A DNA stretch of 7,847 nt. Origin: a virus (taxonomy: Duplodnaviria > Heunggongvirae > Uroviricota > Caudoviricetes). The notes beneath the pieces are model-generated. The model saw only the letters and a program-made list of their open reading frames with translations. It did not search any database and was not told where the DNA came from. Shown piece after piece: positions 1 through 7,245 of the stretch (position 1 is its first letter; the number at the start of each line of letters is the position of its first letter). The position numbers were made by a program, and so were the translations under genes. Location: IMG/VR virus record IMGVR_UViG_2711768002_000001. The stretch is one strand, 5' to 3'.

Positions 1-98
1 AGGGACAGCTGATAGAAACAGAAGCCACTGGAGCACCTCAAAAACACCATCATACACTAAATCAGTAAGTTGGCAGCATCACCTCATTCGTCTGTTCC

Positions 99-605
99 TT
101 AAATCTTCCAGGAAATTTCTGCATTGCCGTCAGCATCACCGGCACCTGTGAATTCAGCGTTGGTCAGCACCACGTTTTTGCCACTGACTGACGTGGACAT
201 GAATCCACCCAGCGGCACTTTGATGGATTCATCAGTGGAGACGACAACGTATACCGGATCGCCTTTTTTGATAGTGCTGGCATCAAAATCAGAACCGAGA
301 TTAACGGTCACGTAGCCACGCTTCATGGCGTCGCCCGGGAAGTTCTTGCCTGTTCCCACCTGGCGAACCATGTCCGGCTGCGACGTGGTCGGATAAGGGC
401 GCACGTAGATCCCCTTCACCTTGTCTGCGGTATCACCATCTGCCAGCGGCACGAAAAAACCGTCATCATCGTATTTACCAGCCAGGCCATAGGCAGCGAA
501 GGCGTTATCGGATTTAAGGACCACCGGTTCGACGGTTAAGTCCTGCGGGCGAGAGACAGCCCCGGCAATGCCAACAGGCATCCGGTACAGAAATACATTA
601 TTCAT
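99..605 (-). CDS. Small phage head protein (168 aa), in the position of a head decoration/cement-type protein; product tentative
   Basis: Intact ORF with ATG at 605..603 and TAA at 101..99. An AAGGG Shine-Dalgarno lies 7 nt upstream. It starts 3 nt after the scaffold-like gene stop, in the lambda-like order scaffold -> small head protein. The sequence is Gly/Val/Thr-rich with no TM segment. Family assignment not verified. Confidence 0.6.
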   Translation of the reverse strand: MNNVFLYRMPVGIAGAVSRPQDLTVEPVVLKSDNAFAAYGLAGKYDDDGFFVPLADGDTADKVKGIYVRPYPTTSQPDMVRQVGTGKNFPGDAMKRGYVTVNLGSDFDASTIKKGDPVYVVVSTDESIKVPLGGFMSTSVSGKNVVLTNAEFTGAGDADGNAEISWKI

Positions 606-608
606 TTT

Positions 609-1829
609 TTACCCTTTACGGTTTGCCCAGAATTCAGCGTTTTGTTTGTTCAGGGAAGCGATACTGGTCATGCCCATGTTTAGGCGCTGTGCATCGCCGG
701 TGGTGGCGCGGGTGTTTCGCCCTTTGGCAACCTCAGACACGGCATTAAACGCCATGTCGACCGATTGTTTCGGTAATTTGCGGATATCCGCATCACCGAC
801 TATCTGGCGAACCAGCGTTTTGTCAGCAGAAGCCAGAACCTCGCGTTTGAACGCGGTCGGTTTCATCTTACGGCTCAGATCGATACCCGGAACGATAACT
901 TCGGCACGCCAGGCTGAGTCACCAGTAATCGTGGTTTCCTCTTCATCGTCCTCGCCGTCACCGGTCGGATTATCGTCAGGCTTATTATCGTTATCGCCCG
1001 TGGCATTTCTTTCCAGCTTAGCCAGCAGGGCTTTCAGTAATGTTTTGAGGTCATCATCACTGTCGCCGGTTGGATCTCCGCCCATCTCTGGTGCTTTGTC
1101 CGGTAGTGGTTGCTGCGGGGACAGGTTGATGTTGAGATTAACGCCCTGCGGCAAATCCCCCTCATCTCCTGTAACCGATGCGGGAGCCGACTCCACCAGT
1201 TCGTTCATGGTGTCGGCATCTCCTGTCTTGATGGCCGCACGCATGCGGTTCCACCAGTTTTTCTTTTGATTTGCCATTGTGTCTCTGTCTCCAATTGCAC
1301 AACGATTTCCGGCTCTGCCTTTAGGGACAAGAGCCACATGGTTTCCGGTAATATCGACCTGCTCGGCTTTACCTGGCTCGGTCTGCTCGTACTCCGCGTC
1401 ATAGCCGCACGACACTTCGCGCAGGCCATCTTCGATAAGCTGAATGGCGCTTTCGTCTTTGACGATAAGGTCAGCCAGCATCAAATCAGACTGCTCACCC
1501 GTCCCGCGCCGGACATTCTGGAGGTGCCCGACAGCAAGCTCTTTCCAGTTCTCGGGATTTACCAGCCGCACATTCCCGTTTTCATCTTCAGGATGCAGGA
1601 TCGTGATGCTCATCCCTTCGAATGAGGCAAGCGTGGCCGGATGGAATACCTGCTCAGGAGAACGCGTGACGACTATTTCACCGAACTTATCGGGTTTCAG
1701 TTTTGGCAGGTCATCAGCACCATAGAGCTGCTTACCTGTTCGTCCTATCGGCACGTCTTTGCACAGCAACGAGCCGTCAGCCAGGCGGTATCGGGTTTCC
1801 CCGAGCCTGGTCTCAAAAAAGTATTTCAT
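609..1829 (-). CDS. Phage head scaffolding/maturation-like protein (406 aa) with an acidic low-complexity central linker
   Basis: Intact ORF with ATG at 1829..1827, 3 nt after the upstream TAA, and TAA at 611..609. The central region is highly acidic (DSDDD ... DNDNKPDDNPTGDGEDDEEETT) with reiterated TGD motifs, typical of scaffold-like proteins. It sits between the head morphogenesis gene and the small head protein. Family not verified. Confidence 0.65.
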   Translation of the reverse strand: MKYFFETRLGETRYRLADGSLLCKDVPIGRTGKQLYGADDLPKLKPDKFGEIVVTRSPEQVFHPATLASFEGMSITILHPEDENGNVRLVNPENWKELAVGHLQNVRRGTGEQSDLMLADLIVKDESAIQLIEDGLREVSCGYDAEYEQTEPGKAEQVDITGNHVALVPKGRAGNRCAIGDRDTMANQKKNWWNRMRAAIKTGDADTMNELVESAPASVTGDEGDLPQGVNLNINLSPQQPLPDKAPEMGGDPTGDSDDDLKTLLKALLAKLERNATGDNDNKPDDNPTGDGEDDEEETTITGDSAWRAEVIVPGIDLSRKMKPTAFKREVLASADKTLVRQIVGDADIRKLPKQSVDMAFNAVSEVAKGRNTRATTGDAQRLNMGMTSIASLNKQNAEFWANRKG

Positions 1830-1832
1830 GGG

Positions 1833-2615
1833 TTATGCTGCCCTTTTCATTGCGAATGGAACGCGAACAAACACGATCTCTTTATAGCAGCGGCAGTTTG
1901 GCAGCTCGCCCGCGTGGCCGGTCATGCCGTCCAAAGTTGGAGGTGAATCCCAGCGGACGAATTTACCTTTCATGTGATCGTGGGAATCTCGGACATCGCC
2001 ATCATCGGCTGTACGCCAAATATAACCATCCGAGCCAATAGCTATCGCTCGGGCCATATCCAGCGCGCCCGTTGCTCTTCCCAGTTCCGTTCGGGCAATC
2101 AGATCGGCCCTAGACTTAGCAACATCGCCGGTAGATGCAATCTCTTTAGCAAACTGCTCCGCCCGACCACCGGTGACAACAGCCTCTATCGCTTTGTTCT
2201 GGATGTCGTACACCCTGTCTGCGGCCTCGAGAGGCAGAGATTTGATGTACTTGACCTGTTCGGCGATGATGGATTGCATCACCTGGCCCACAGGAGCGCT
2301 TTCCACAAGATTGCGGAGCTCGCGACTGATGTTCTTGCTGTGTTGCCGCCAAACTTTCTCGTTCTGCCGGGTTAGGTCCGCAGTAAAGTTTTCCGCGACC
2401 TTTGTCGCCCAGGGGGTGATGATTTCACTGTAACGCTCCAGCGCCGCAATAATTTCCGTGATACTGTCATTTGAACCATCGTAGCGACCATTTACGATGT
2501 CTCCGACCGCCCTCGCTATCCTGCGTAGGCTGGTTCGATACCGGATTTCCGCCTGACGGCTCCTGCGGTTCGTCATCAGGTTCGCCGATGCCGGGCGGCG
2601 CTTCATCTTCGGCAT
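1833..2615 (-). CDS. Phage head morphogenesis protein, Mu gpF / SPP1 gp7-like (260 aa)
   Basis: Intact ORF with ATG at 2615..2613 and a GAGGA Shine-Dalgarno 8 nt upstream; TAA at 1835..1833. It contains an ADLIARTELGRA-type motif and a basic N-terminus, and lies immediately downstream of the portal as in Mu/SPP1-type head modules. The 5' 149 nt overlap the portal 3' end in another frame. Confidence 0.75.
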   Translation of the reverse strand: MPKMKRRPASANLMTNRRSRQAEIRYRTSLRRIARAVGDIVNGRYDGSNDSITEIIAALERYSEIITPWATKVAENFTADLTRQNEKVWRQHSKNISRELRNLVESAPVGQVMQSIIAEQVKYIKSLPLEAADRVYDIQNKAIEAVVTGGRAEQFAKEIASTGDVAKSRADLIARTELGRATGALDMARAIAIGSDGYIWRTADDGDVRDSHDHMKGKFVRWDSPPTLDGMTGHAGELPNCRCYKEIVFVRVPFAMKRAA

Positions 2616-3549
2616 TCTCGATGTCCTCGTCGGTAATGGATGCCCCGATGCCGGTTACGTCAGAATTTTCTCGCAAATCAGTCATAGCGGCTTTCAGTGT
2701 CATCAGACCATCACCCAGCGCCGTACTGATTGCGTTGGTGGTGTTTAACGCCACCGTTGAGCGATCGACATCAGACATTTGCCAGAGCGGGTTAAACTCA
2801 AACGTGAAATCGTCCGGCAGCGGCTTGCCAAGTTCCGAACGATGCATGATGTCCAGTATCCGCCGCACCGGAAGACGTAAACGCCTCTCCTGCAACGAAC
2901 TGATGCGATCGTAATAGTTGGCAAGGTCTGCATCACCGGTAGAAAATCCTTTCGGGGACTGTCCGAACAACCGCACCAGTGGGATACCAACAGCGCCACT
3001 AATCTGTTCTACAAACTGCGAAAGGATGTCATCCAGACCACTGAAGCTGTACTGATGGGTTTCAAACTTATCCCGCGAGTCCATGAGCGTCATGCCTTCA
3101 TTACTCTGGAACTGTCGAATCAGGTCGATATTCTTCAGCAACGCTTCATACGCAGGACCACCAAGTGCGATAAGCTCGCGTAGCTTCTCCACGCTGTAGG
3201 TACGCAAATGCGCCTTGTAGACCAGCTGCGCCGCGCCGACAGTAGCGCTGTCGAACGCGGTAAGACGATCCCAGATACGCTCTACAACCGACATTCCCCA
3301 TTCGTTCTCGGTCATCTTCTGCTGAAATGGCAACGTGACGCCATCAAAGCGAATCAGGCGACTGTGATGAATGCGCCAGGCAGGAATTCCCGTTGCTGTG
3401 GTCACCACATCGTAAAACTCAGGTTTACCCAGGTCCGGCCCCATATCTTTAATGCGGCGGGTCAGTGCCGGGTCGACCATCCAGCGGTCGAGCGGGAGAA
3501 TCCCCTTAAACTTGCCCTTACCGATGGTTTCGGGTCGCAGCGGGGTCAT
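2467..3549 (-). CDS. Phage portal protein, intact 3' segment (360 codons) downstream of the second in-frame TAG
   Basis: ORF from ATG at 3549..3547 (GAGGGG 9 nt upstream) to TGA at 2469..2467. It has an acidic C-terminal tail (DEDIENAEDEAPPGIGEPDDEPQEP) typical of portals and sits directly after terL. This ATG is in frame with the upstream interrupted portal sequence. Confidence 0.8.
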   Translation of the reverse strand: MTPLRPETIGKGKFKGILPLDRWMVDPALTRRIKDMGPDLGKPEFYDVVTTATGIPAWRIHHSRLIRFDGVTLPFQQKMTENEWGMSVVERIWDRLTAFDSATVGAAQLVYKAHLRTYSVEKLRELIALGGPAYEALLKNIDLIRQFQSNEGMTLMDSRDKFETHQYSFSGLDDILSQFVEQISGAVGIPLVRLFGQSPKGFSTGDADLANYYDRISSLQERRLRLPVRRILDIMHRSELGKPLPDDFTFEFNPLWQMSDVDRSTVALNTTNAISTALGDGLMTLKAAMTDLRENSDVTGIGASITDEDIENAEDEAPPGIGEPDDEPQEPSGGNPVSNQPTQDSEGGRRHRKWSLRWFK

Positions 3550-3933
3550 TGGTGCCTACCCCTCAATCATGATGAAACCCACCGCGCCGCCGTAGAGGCG
3601 CGACCATTTCAGCACGTCATTCAGCGCATCCCAGATTTGCAACTCATCCAGTTGTGATTCGAGAATGCCACGATCTTTTGCATCAATTTCCGAAGTGATG
3701 CGAATGCCTTTGCGGGTCATATCATCCGGGATAGCATCGACTGCTTCGCCGATGATCTAGGATGAACGATAGGACCATTCCACCAGCATGCGGTTACGAC
3801 TGGTGAAATTAGCCCGGTAGGTGGATGCTGAGTGCTGGTTAGGTGTCTGCATCCCTACGCGGGCAATAAAATTCTCATAACCATCAGCTGTGGCCTGCAC
3901 AGTTCGCCGCAGGGCTTGTTTGTTTCGTGCCAT
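2467..3933 (-). pseudogene. Full-length portal reading frame (about 488 codons) interrupted by two in-frame TAG codons
   Basis: Hand translation of the minus strand from ATG 3933..3931 gives MARNKQALRRTVQATADGYENFIARVGMQTPNQHSASTYRANFTSRNRMLVEWSYRSS, then TAG (3759..3757), then IIGEAVDAIPDDMTRKGIRITSEIDAKDRGILESQLDELQIWDALNDVLKWSRLYGGAVGFIMIEG, then TAG (3558..3556), then APMTPLRPET... All are in one frame (3759-3558 = 201 = 67x3). The ATG overlaps the terL TGA (TGATG) and has a GGGGAGA Shine-Dalgarno. Confidence 0.7.
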
Positions 3934-5336
3934 CAGGCCTGTCTCCCCAGCTGTTCCCAGATATCCAGCGATGTATCGATTGGCGCGAAGGCCATAATGA
4001 ATGCATCAGCAACGTTTGGTGACGGTATCTCGCGTTTTGCGAGGTCTTTTTTACTTTCGACCATCACACGTCCGTTACGGTCGAAATCACGATGAGGTGT
4101 TGTCAGTTCCAGTTTCAGCTTTTCAAGCAACGGACAACGAGAATCTATGCTGATCAGCTCATCCACAGGATACTGTTCTCCGTTGTTAATGGCGTTAAAC
4201 GTATTTCTGAAACGGTCAGCCACCAGCCACCATGCCTGAGCCTTAAGATTTGCGAAAAAGTCTTTGTTGGGGATGCCGTTGTACTCGTCATCTGGCTCAT
4301 GCACACCAGCACCGGCGTTAAACCTCTGGTAATTCACACGTCGCGCGTATGCGTTCTCGCTCTTCCGGTCAGCGTTAATTTCAGAGAATTTAGCACCGGC
4401 AGACGCACCAACACCGATAGAGTCGTAAACAATATCTGCTTCACGCTCCAGCGCCGCCTGATAAGTACGCTGGCAGCTCTTCAGTAATTCATCTTCTTTG
4501 GCCTTCCATTCGTCGGCCCAGAAAACAACGGATCCGTGACGGTAAACGTTAGCGCACTTATCTGTACCACTGTCAGCCACGTCAAAGCCAATACGCTTTC
4601 TTCCACTGGGTTCGAAATTTAACGTTTTGTGCGCATCCACTGCGGCTTCTATCCAAGACAGTTTGATGATTGCCGCATCATCATCAGACTCCGGAACGCC
4701 CTCATACACATGTTTAAAACCATCCGGATCACGGCGTCGCGCCGCGTCGATAACCTTAAGCATGGTGTCAGACAGAAACGGATTTTCGTCATAGTTAATT
4801 TTGCGGATGAGAGTGCCTTCGGGCGGATCAACAACGAAGTTGCGCCAGACGAAATCAGTAACAAGTCCGGGGTTGAATATGAACCAGCATTCCGAACCCT
4901 CTTTACGGATCGTTGGCTCCAGAATTTTCCACTGGTATTCCGTCAGTGCGTGGGCTTCTTCCAGCCACAACACATCGATCCCCTCCAGTGACTTAATTTC
5001 TTCGATGTTGCGCCATAATCCATAAAAAACAAATTCCGAGCCAGTAACCCGGTTAATGATTTTGTTGTTCAGAATACGGAAACGGTGCCGCAGACCAAAC
5101 CTGTCTATCTGAATTTTGAGCAGGGTATACACCGACTCTTCGATTTTATTCTGGATCTGACGGGCACAACAAAAACGCAGGGTGTATTTATTCGACAGAA
5201 ATATGGCAATGCCAGCGGCATCCCATGATTTTGACGATGACCGACCACCATAAAGCACTTTGTTACGTGCCCGCATAGTCCAGAAACTACGTAAAGCCGG
5301 ATTCAGCGTCGGTTTGGATGTCAGAGTAGAAGTCAT
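3933..5336 (-). CDS. Terminase large subunit (ATPase/nuclease); start uncertain
   Basis: Long minus-strand ORF with TGA at 3935..3933. Walker A-like VLYGGRSSSKS and Walker B-like IDVLWLEEAH are present. The six-frame ORF extends to a TTG at 5444, but that would overlap terS by 157 nt. In-frame ATGs at 5375, 5363, 5360, 5354 and 5336 are candidate starts. I chose 5336 (about 50-nt overlap with terS) as a compromise. Confidence 0.85.
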   Translation of the reverse strand: MTSTLTSKPTLNPALRSFWTMRARNKVLYGGRSSSKSWDAAGIAIFLSNKYTLRFCCARQIQNKIEESVYTLLKIQIDRFGLRHRFRILNNKIINRVTGSEFVFYGLWRNIEEIKSLEGIDVLWLEEAHALTEYQWKILEPTIRKEGSECWFIFNPGLVTDFVWRNFVVDPPEGTLIRKINYDENPFLSDTMLKVIDAARRRDPDGFKHVYEGVPESDDDAAIIKLSWIEAAVDAHKTLNFEPSGRKRIGFDVADSGTDKCANVYRHGSVVFWADEWKAKEDELLKSCQRTYQAALEREADIVYDSIGVGASAGAKFSEINADRKSENAYARRVNYQRFNAGAGVHEPDDEYNGIPNKDFFANLKAQAWWLVADRFRNTFNAINNGEQYPVDELISIDSRCPLLEKLKLELTTPHRDFDRNGRVMVESKKDLAKREIPSPNVADAFIMAFAPIDTSLDIWEQLGRQA

Positions 5337-6051
5337 TGAGGTCACGCTCTCCATTGCCATCATCAATACCTGCATCACGGCGAAGACGATCAGCCTCCAG
5401 AGACACCTTATCAGTGGCGGCCTTGCGGTAGGCTGTATCAGCAAATATTTTTCCTACCGTCGCAAGCGTGCCAACGATGGACTCAATACGAACTGTATTG
5501 CGCATCATTGCTTTCTCGGCGGCGCTGATATTTTCAATCAGCATCTTCCTTTCCTGGTCCCCATTAGCATCTTCCAGCGACACCAACCACCGACCAATAT
5601 TCTCTGCAGCGACAAGGTTGTTAGCACGAAGGCGAAATAATTCGTCCTCGAGCGTCAACGCTTTAGCGTCCTCTATCACCTCATCTTTGAGCAGAAGGCG
5701 ACGGGCATAACCACCGTGTTTTAATGCCTGCTGGTTACCGGGTTGGAATGGGTTAGTCGGGGGATCGGTACGCATTCCGCGTATCGGTTTCGTATCCGGT
5801 GTAGATTCTGTTTTTAGTTGCGTACTTTTTTGTGTAAGGCCAGTAATGGCAGGCTTTCTGCTGGTACGCACTTTCCTTTTTTGCGTACCATTTTTGCAAA
5901 CCTGCGTACCGCCACTGCGTGCCCAACCAAGCTTTTTGGCCCTCTTCCTGATAGCCCCTTCTGTAACGCCGTATTTCTCGCCTATATCACGGAGGCTAAG
6001 GACTCCGGCCCGGTATGCCGATTCGATGGCCTCCCAGTCCGGTTTTGCCAT
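5287..6051 (-). CDS. Terminase small subunit (254 aa) with N-terminal helix-turn-helix
   Basis: ATG at 6051..6049 with an AGGAAG Shine-Dalgarno about 8 nt upstream; TAG at 5289..5287. The N-terminus (LSLRDIGEKYGVTEGAIRKRAKKLGW) is HTH-like. An NPFQPGNQQALKHGGY motif resembles conserved small-terminase motifs. It lies immediately upstream of terL. Confidence 0.8.
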   Translation of the reverse strand: MAKPDWEAIESAYRAGVLSLRDIGEKYGVTEGAIRKRAKKLGWARSGGTQVCKNGTQKRKVRTSRKPAITGLTQKSTQLKTESTPDTKPIRGMRTDPPTNPFQPGNQQALKHGGYARRLLLKDEVIEDAKALTLEDELFRLRANNLVAAENIGRWLVSLEDANGDQERKMLIENISAAEKAMMRNTVRIESIVGTLATVGKIFADTAYRKAATDKVSLEADRLRRDAGIDDGNGERDLNDFYSDIQTDAESGFT

Positions 6052-6165
6052 GATTATGCTTCCTGTGATTTACTGTTATCGCTGCCTGTCACAATAGGTT
6101 GCTTTAATTCTTCCTCATCACTCACTCCTGCGACGCTCCGTGGCAGGGCCCCCCACAGGAGTACC

Positions 6166-6195
6166 TTGTAAATGTAAGGTGTTTAAGCCTAAATT
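6166..6195 (+). promoter_or_regulatory. Candidate sigma70-type promoter for the moron (-35 TTGTAA, 18-nt spacer, -10 TAAATT)
   Basis: Hexamer match seen by eye in the AT-rich sequence 50-80 nt upstream of the 6249 ATG. Not scored computationally. Confidence 0.2.
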
Positions 6196-6248
6196 AAGTC
6201 GTATCACGGTTAAATAGCAAAGAAAAATTCACAGAAGGAAAGACATTG

Positions 6249-6758
6249 ATGGAGTGGATAAATGCTTTGATGAACTATTTTGTACTTCATCCATATCGCC
6301 TATGGGGGCTTCTTTTTATAATAGCGTTCACAAAATCCACTTTACTCATTTCGGCGATATTGCCACCAGCATCAATTATGATGGCCACTGTAATTACAGT
6401 CAGCAAGACGACTCTTTCACCATGGGAAGCTGGAATCACGGTCATGAGTGGCGCATGGTGCGGTACTATCGTTAATTACCATCTTGGTATAATAATTGGG
6501 CATATCCCTCAACTTGCATGTATAATATCAAGCCGTTCCAATACAATAGAACGGGTTCGCCTTCAGTTGCAAAATAACTCTGTGTCAATACTTTTCACTT
6601 CGCGCTTTATCGCCGTGCTGCGTTATATTGCTCCTTTGGTGGCAGGAATGTTGCAACTTCATCCAGTGAAAGTGTATACAGTGAGTCTGATTTCAGCTGC
6701 TAGCTGGTCAGCACTTTATGTTGGTAGTTTTAGCTTCGTGTTGCCTTTTTTTAGCTAA
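6249..6758 (+). CDS. Small polytopic inner-membrane protein, divergent DedA/YqaA (VTT-domain)-like; moron
   Basis: ATG at 6249 (the ORF track starts at a TTG at 6246) with a GAAGGAAAG Shine-Dalgarno; TAA at 6756..6758. It is the only plus-strand gene and is visibly AT-rich compared with the flanks. There are 4-5 hydrophobic segments. SRFIAVLRYIAPLVAGMLQL resembles the DedA GRFIPxxRxxxPxxAG motif, and NYHLGIIIG resembles the Y-x-LGR motif, but the conserved acidic/basic residues are not obvious. Confidence 0.55.
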   Translation: MEWINALMNYFVLHPYRLWGLLFIIAFTKSTLLISAILPPASIMMATVITVSKTTLSPWEAGITVMSGAWCGTIVNYHLGIIIGHIPQLACIISSRSNTIERVRLQLQNNSVSILFTSRFIAVLRYIAPLVAGMLQLHPVKVYTVSLISAASWSALYVGSFSFVLPFFS

Positions 6759-6846
6759 ACTGCCCATAAAAAGCTCTTGCGAATCCAGCTTCCCCCATTC
6801 CTCTGACAACAGAATCTGATTTGAAGGATAATGAGTAAAATTACCG

Positions 6847-7245
6847 CTACCCCCCAAGGCATTGGATCCTGATGTACTCCTGAAGCATTCTCAATGCTGT
6901 CTGGTCGCTGATGATTCCGTCCCGGATACCGAGAACGTTTCGTCCAGCAACTGGAGAGAGTTCGACGGTGGCATCATTGCCCATGCCGGAGGCGCTGGAG
7001 GTTTCGGCTGAGGATGGCACAGGGCATTTTCCTTTGACGAGCACCCGACCACCATTATCAAGCTTGCGCCGAAGAGCATCATTTTCAGCTTTCGCATCAG
7101 CTAACTCCAGCTTCAGTTCTCTTGCGTTTTTGTCGCGCTGCTCTTTGTAGGTAATGGCGTTATCACGGTAATGATTAACAGCCCATGACAGGCGGACGAT
7201 GATGCAGATAACCAGAGCGGAGATAATCGCGGTGACTCTGCTCAT
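6847..7245 (-). CDS. Rz: Rz-like i-spanin (inner-membrane spanin subunit)
   Basis: ATG at 7245..7243 overlaps the endolysin TGA as ATGA; TAG at 6849..6847. It has an N-terminal TM segment ([18 protein letters not shown]) followed by a charged, coiled-coil-like region ([29 protein letters not shown]). The ORF track's GTG at 7257 is probably an over-extension. Confidence 0.75.
   Translation of the reverse strand: MSRVTAIISALVICIIVRLSWAVNHYRDNAITYKEQRDKNARELKLELADAKAENDALRRKLDNGGRVLVKGKCPVPSSAETSSASGMGNDATVELSPVAGRNVLGIRDGIISDQTALRMLQEYIRIQCLGG
6891..7097 (-). CDS. Rz1: Rz1-like o-spanin (outer-membrane lipoprotein), fully embedded in Rz in another frame
   Basis: ATG at 7097..7095. It has a signal peptide with a lipobox (LIMVVGC followed by SSK) and a proline-rich mature part ([17 protein letters not shown]). 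It lies entirely inside the Rz coding region, as in lambda Rz/Rz1. Confidence 0.7.
   Translation of the reverse strand: MRKLKMMLFGASLIMVVGCSSKENALCHPQPKPPAPPAWAMMPPSNSLQLLDETFSVSGTESSATRQH

Noticed and set aside
1-98. Possible start of the next head gene (major capsid candidate) running off the low-coordinate edge on the minus strand (ATG at about 49 or GTG at about 38 after a GAGGTG)
   Set aside because: Fewer than 20 codons are visible, which is too little sequence to call a gene or its product.
568-1269. 233-aa plus-strand ORF with a long Ser-rich stretch (SSSSSPSPVG)
   Set aside because: It is the antisense shadow of the acidic GAT/GAA-rich linker of the scaffold-like gene and lies wholly inside a strongly supported minus-strand gene.
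1110-2433. Several plus-strand ORFs (1110..1625, 1444..1725, 1641..1946, 1703..2041, 1974..2375, 2173..2433) and a small minus-strand ORF (1205..1429)
   Set aside because: All are embedded in or antisense to the scaffold-like and MuF-like genes and have no RBS or recognisable motifs; they are typical out-of-frame ORFs in GC-moderate coding DNA.
2471-3657. Plus-strand ORFs 2471..2914 and 3208..3657, and minus-strand ORF 2745..2999
   Set aside because: They are antisense to or out of frame within the portal coding region, and the portal frame has far better support (operon position, RBS, acidic C-terminal tail).
2467-3933. Possibility that TAG is a reassigned sense codon (stop-codon recoding) rather than a lesion
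   Set aside because: In-frame TAG occurs only in the portal gene across roughly 2,000 codons of otherwise intact coding sequence, and terS and Rz use TAG as their natural terminators. Localised nonsense mutation is far more likely than genome-wide recoding.
3832-5025. Plus-strand ORFs 3832..4095, 4092..4487, 4629..4991, 4801..5025 and minus-strand ORF 4649..4864 inside terL
   Set aside because: They are antisense to or out of frame within the terminase large subunit gene, which carries Walker A/B motifs; no independent support.
5260-6171. Plus-strand ORFs 5260..5640, 5468..5710, 5818..6171, 5846..6097 opposite terS/terL
   Set aside because: They are antisense to the terminase small subunit and terL 5' region, with no RBS; terS has an HTH N-terminus and a good RBS on the minus strand.
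6254-6475. 73-aa plus-strand ORF overlapping the moron in another frame
   Set aside because: It is out of frame within the better-supported membrane-protein ORF (6249..6758), which has a strong RBS and coherent hydrophobic segments.
6911-7150. 79-aa plus-strand ORF antisense to Rz/Rz1
   Set aside because: It is antisense to the spanin genes and has a low-complexity Ser/Ala/Arg-rich composition; Rz and Rz1 are supported by TM/lipobox features and operon coupling.
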